Shown here: positions 63,966-64,000 of the stretch, piece by piece
How positions within the stretch are numbered: position 1 is the stretch's first letter
Layout: each line of letters begins with the position of its first letter
Source: a virus
Virus record (IMG/VR): IMGVR_UViG_3300008110_010375
Strand: one strand, 5' to 3'
Length of the DNA: 64,000 bases
Notes under the pieces: generated by a model
What the model was told of the DNA's origin: nothing
Database searches by the model: none
What the model saw: the letters and a program-made list of their open reading frames with translations, nothing else
Translations under genes and position numbers: made by a program

Positions 63966-64000
63966 CTGCCTGTAGCGCAGTCTGGTAGCGTACTTGATTT
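63966..64000 (+). tRNA. 5' part of a tRNA, probably Pro; cut by the window end
   Basis: CTGCCTG-TAGCGCAGTCTGGTAGCG D-arm; anticodon not fully visible. Confidence 0.65.

Noticed and set aside
1-64000. Stop-codon reassignment
   Set aside because: Core genes are full length in the standard code and end with TAA, TGA or TAG.

Overview
A 64-kb segment of a large T4-like myophage genome, almost all on the + strand. The host is probably an alphaproteobacterium; this is inferred from a DUF1127 gene, a ROSE-like thermometer on hsp20 and signs of leaderless translation. In order, the window contains: (1) an accessory operon with a TctA/TctC tripartite tricarboxylate transporter interleaved with tailoring-type enzymes; (2) Asn-rich collagen-like tail fibres, a LamG lectin, a GH19 lysin and a PAAR protein; (3) the T4 core morphogenesis block gp13-gp23 under TATAAATA late promoters; (4) gp3, uvsY, uvsW, gp55, gp47, gp46 and peptide deformylase; (5) a cytosine-hypermodification island; (6) gp45, gp44, gp62 and regA; (7) an early region with repeated strong promoters, two amidinotransferases, a radical SAM enzyme, a tRNA and hsp20; (8) gp43, uvsX, gp41, a candidate structured ncRNA and the start of a tRNA cluster. 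The hypermodification island holds a DenB-like nuclease, a gp42-like dCMP hydroxymethylase, dCMP deaminase, a UDG-fold protein, an alpha-glucosyltransferase, a C5-methyltransferase-fold protein with an altered SAM motif and a second glycosyltransferase. The most notable leads are: the C5-MTase-like enzyme in a phage whose cytosine C5 should already be occupied; four early promoters that each place an AUG at the predicted +1, with mini-ORFs coupled to the first gene; a ~114-nt promoter-bounded three-hairpin RNA; and the transporter/enzyme operon. Three apparent deletions (methyltransferase, gp14/gp15, DUF932) may be assembly artefacts. All family calls come from motif recognition and remembered sequences, not database searches.
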